A stretch of 64,000 bases of DNA, from the IMG/VR virus record IMGVR_UViG_3300005805_000083, positions 2,921-66,920 of that record; one strand, 5' to 3'. Position 1 is the stretch's first letter, and each line of letters opens with the position of its first letter. The notes under the pieces were generated by a model. It saw only the letters and a program-made list of their open reading frames with translations. It did not search any database and had not been told where the DNA came from. This DNA comes from a virus. Lineage: Duplodnaviria > Caudoviricetes. Of this stretch, positions 62,857 to 64,000 are shown one piece after another. Position numbers and translations under genes: made by a program.

Positions 62857-63384
62857 ATGAGCGCAACACCAGGATTCTTCGAGTACGCATTAACACCAGA
62901 AGAAGAGGCGACAGCAGCCAGAATCGGGTACGAACGTCAACTGCCGATGTTCGCCCAGCCAGAGCGCAATCGCAACTACTACGAAGGCGAAGTGTGGGAA
63001 ATGTGGCAACATGCGGTGTGCGCTGGTGCCGAACTTGCTTTCGCGCGCATGTGCGGATTAGATGACTTCGTCCCACATGTCAACAAGTTCAAGACGGTGG
63101 AAGACGTTTCTGGGTGGGAAGTAAGGTATTCATTTGGCAACAACATGTTGCGATTCTCCGAGTGGGATGACCCAGATGCGCGCTACGTCCTTTTAACGGA
63201 AGGATTGCGCCACAGGGTCAAGCGGACCAAAGAGCAAGGTTGGCTCGGCATCCCGTACAGGGCAGTCGCTTGGGCCTACGGCCATGAAATTCTCAAAAGC
63301 GGGGAAAAACTTGGCAAATCATGGCGGCTACACAAAAACAACGCACACAAGATGATTGAAGTGCAAGAACAATTCTTGATGTAG
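62857..63384 (+). CDS. Hypothetical protein
   Basis: 175-aa ORF. Confidence 0.65.
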   Translation: MSATPGFFEYALTPEEEATAARIGYERQLPMFAQPERNRNYYEGEVWEMWQHAVCAGAELAFARMCGLDDFVPHVNKFKTVEDVSGWEVRYSFGNNMLRFSEWDDPDARYVLLTEGLRHRVKRTKEQGWLGIPYRAVAWAYGHEILKSGEKLGKSWRLHKNNAHKMIEVQEQFLM

Positions 63385-63385
63385 T

Positions 63386-63664
63386 TTGGATAAATCTAAC
63401 CAGAAAGCGAGTTTGATTATGAATTTTATAGACAGCCACGAAGTAGCACTTGACGTTCTTGGCGACGGCAAAGACATCTGGACCTGCAAGTGGTCTGGGG
63501 GTGATAAGGTTCAAGTCTTCAGGGGCGACTTCGTCAACAATCGCATCCTCTACAACCATCTACTGACGCTTGATTGCAGCAGTGCGATGACGGTAGCGGA
63601 ATTCTGCGATTGGGCAGAGCAGTTGCTTTTGGGTCTAGTCAAACAGGAGTACAAGGAAATATGA
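63386..63664 (+). CDS. Hypothetical protein
   Basis: 92 aa; ATGA overlap with speD. Confidence 0.55.
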   Translation: MDKSNQKASLIMNFIDSHEVALDVLGDGKDIWTCKWSGGDKVQVFRGDFVNNRILYNHLLTLDCSSAMTVAEFCDWAEQLLLGLVKQEYKEI

Positions 63665-64000
63665 AAAAGAATCAGCAGAAAAAAGCGCCGCAGCACAACC
63701 ACCTGCTCATCAATGCAAAAACTCCGTTCCCGATTACCAACAAGCGGAGAATGAAAAAGTGGCTGAAAGGCCTTGTAGAAGAAATCGGAATGTACAGAAT
63801 CGCGGGCCCTTTTGTCCATTACGTCGATAAGCCTGGCAACAAGGGACTGACGGCAGTAGTAATGATTGAAACAAGCCATATCGCCCTGCACATATGGGAT
63901 GAGCCAGTGCCAGCACACGTGCAATTCGATATCTATACCTGCAGTGGACTAGATGTGCAGGGCGATATGGCTTGTTTCAATCATTACTACTGCCGTCAGT
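63661..64000 (+). CDS. speD: S-adenosylmethionine decarboxylase proenzyme-like protein (partial; 3' end replaced by a fold-back)
   Basis: HLLI...G...GLTAVVMIETSHIALHIWDE.....QFDIYTC. Confidence 0.75.
   Translation, partial: MKKNQQKKAPQHNHLLINAKTPFPITNKRRMKKWLKGLVEEIGMYRIAGPFVHYVDKPGNKGLTAVVMIETSHIALHIWDEPVPAHVQFDIYTCSGLDVQGDMACFNHYYCRQ
63846..64000. repeat. Perfect 48-bp inverted repeat at the window end
   Basis: 63953-64000 is the exact reverse complement of 63846-63893. Confidence 0.9.

Noticed and set aside
1-64000. Stop-codon reassignment
   Set aside because: Genes up to 7.7 kb are open in the standard code, and TAA, TAG and TGA all end tightly packed genes; no suppressor tRNA seen.
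1-64000. CRISPR array, integrase, transposase, diversity-generating retroelement
   Set aside because: No regularly spaced direct repeats and no recognisable recombinase, transposase or reverse-transcriptase motifs seen.

Overview
A 64-kb segment of a large lytic-looking tailed phage with a contractile tail (sheath, tube, tape measure) and an HK97-fold head. WhiB, many leaderless TAnnnT promoters and the GC-biased capsid gene point to an actinobacterial host (inferred). Layout: 1-8.3 kb leftward tail and neck genes; 8.4-10.8 kb an IbrA/IbrB-like PAPS-reductase pair plus a second ParB protein; 10.8-15.9 kb RuvC-like, HNH, Cas4/RecB-like nuclease, Rad52/Sak and TerL; 15.9-49.7 kb a rightward, greatly expanded head cluster; 49.7-64 kb nucleotide metabolism, three tRNAs, WhiB, primase-helicase, a possible TerS and a partial SpeD. 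The standout is the ~25 kb between portal and major capsid protein. It encodes giant multi-domain proteins (up to 2585 aa) that share an N-proximal cassette (K-x-(L)-LG-R/P-x-IG ... GVLDPRxRRDVDGDGxIFDGT) and are punctuated by 26 copies of a (L/M)RS(S/G/A/M)x motif, consensus LRSSG. That motif falls at the borders of effector-like modules (zincins, ART-like folds, HipA-like kinase, zeta toxin, KTSC, helical repeats), suggesting a capsid-loaded, proteolytically processed cargo polyprotein system. All family assignments come from motif recognition by eye, not from database searches.
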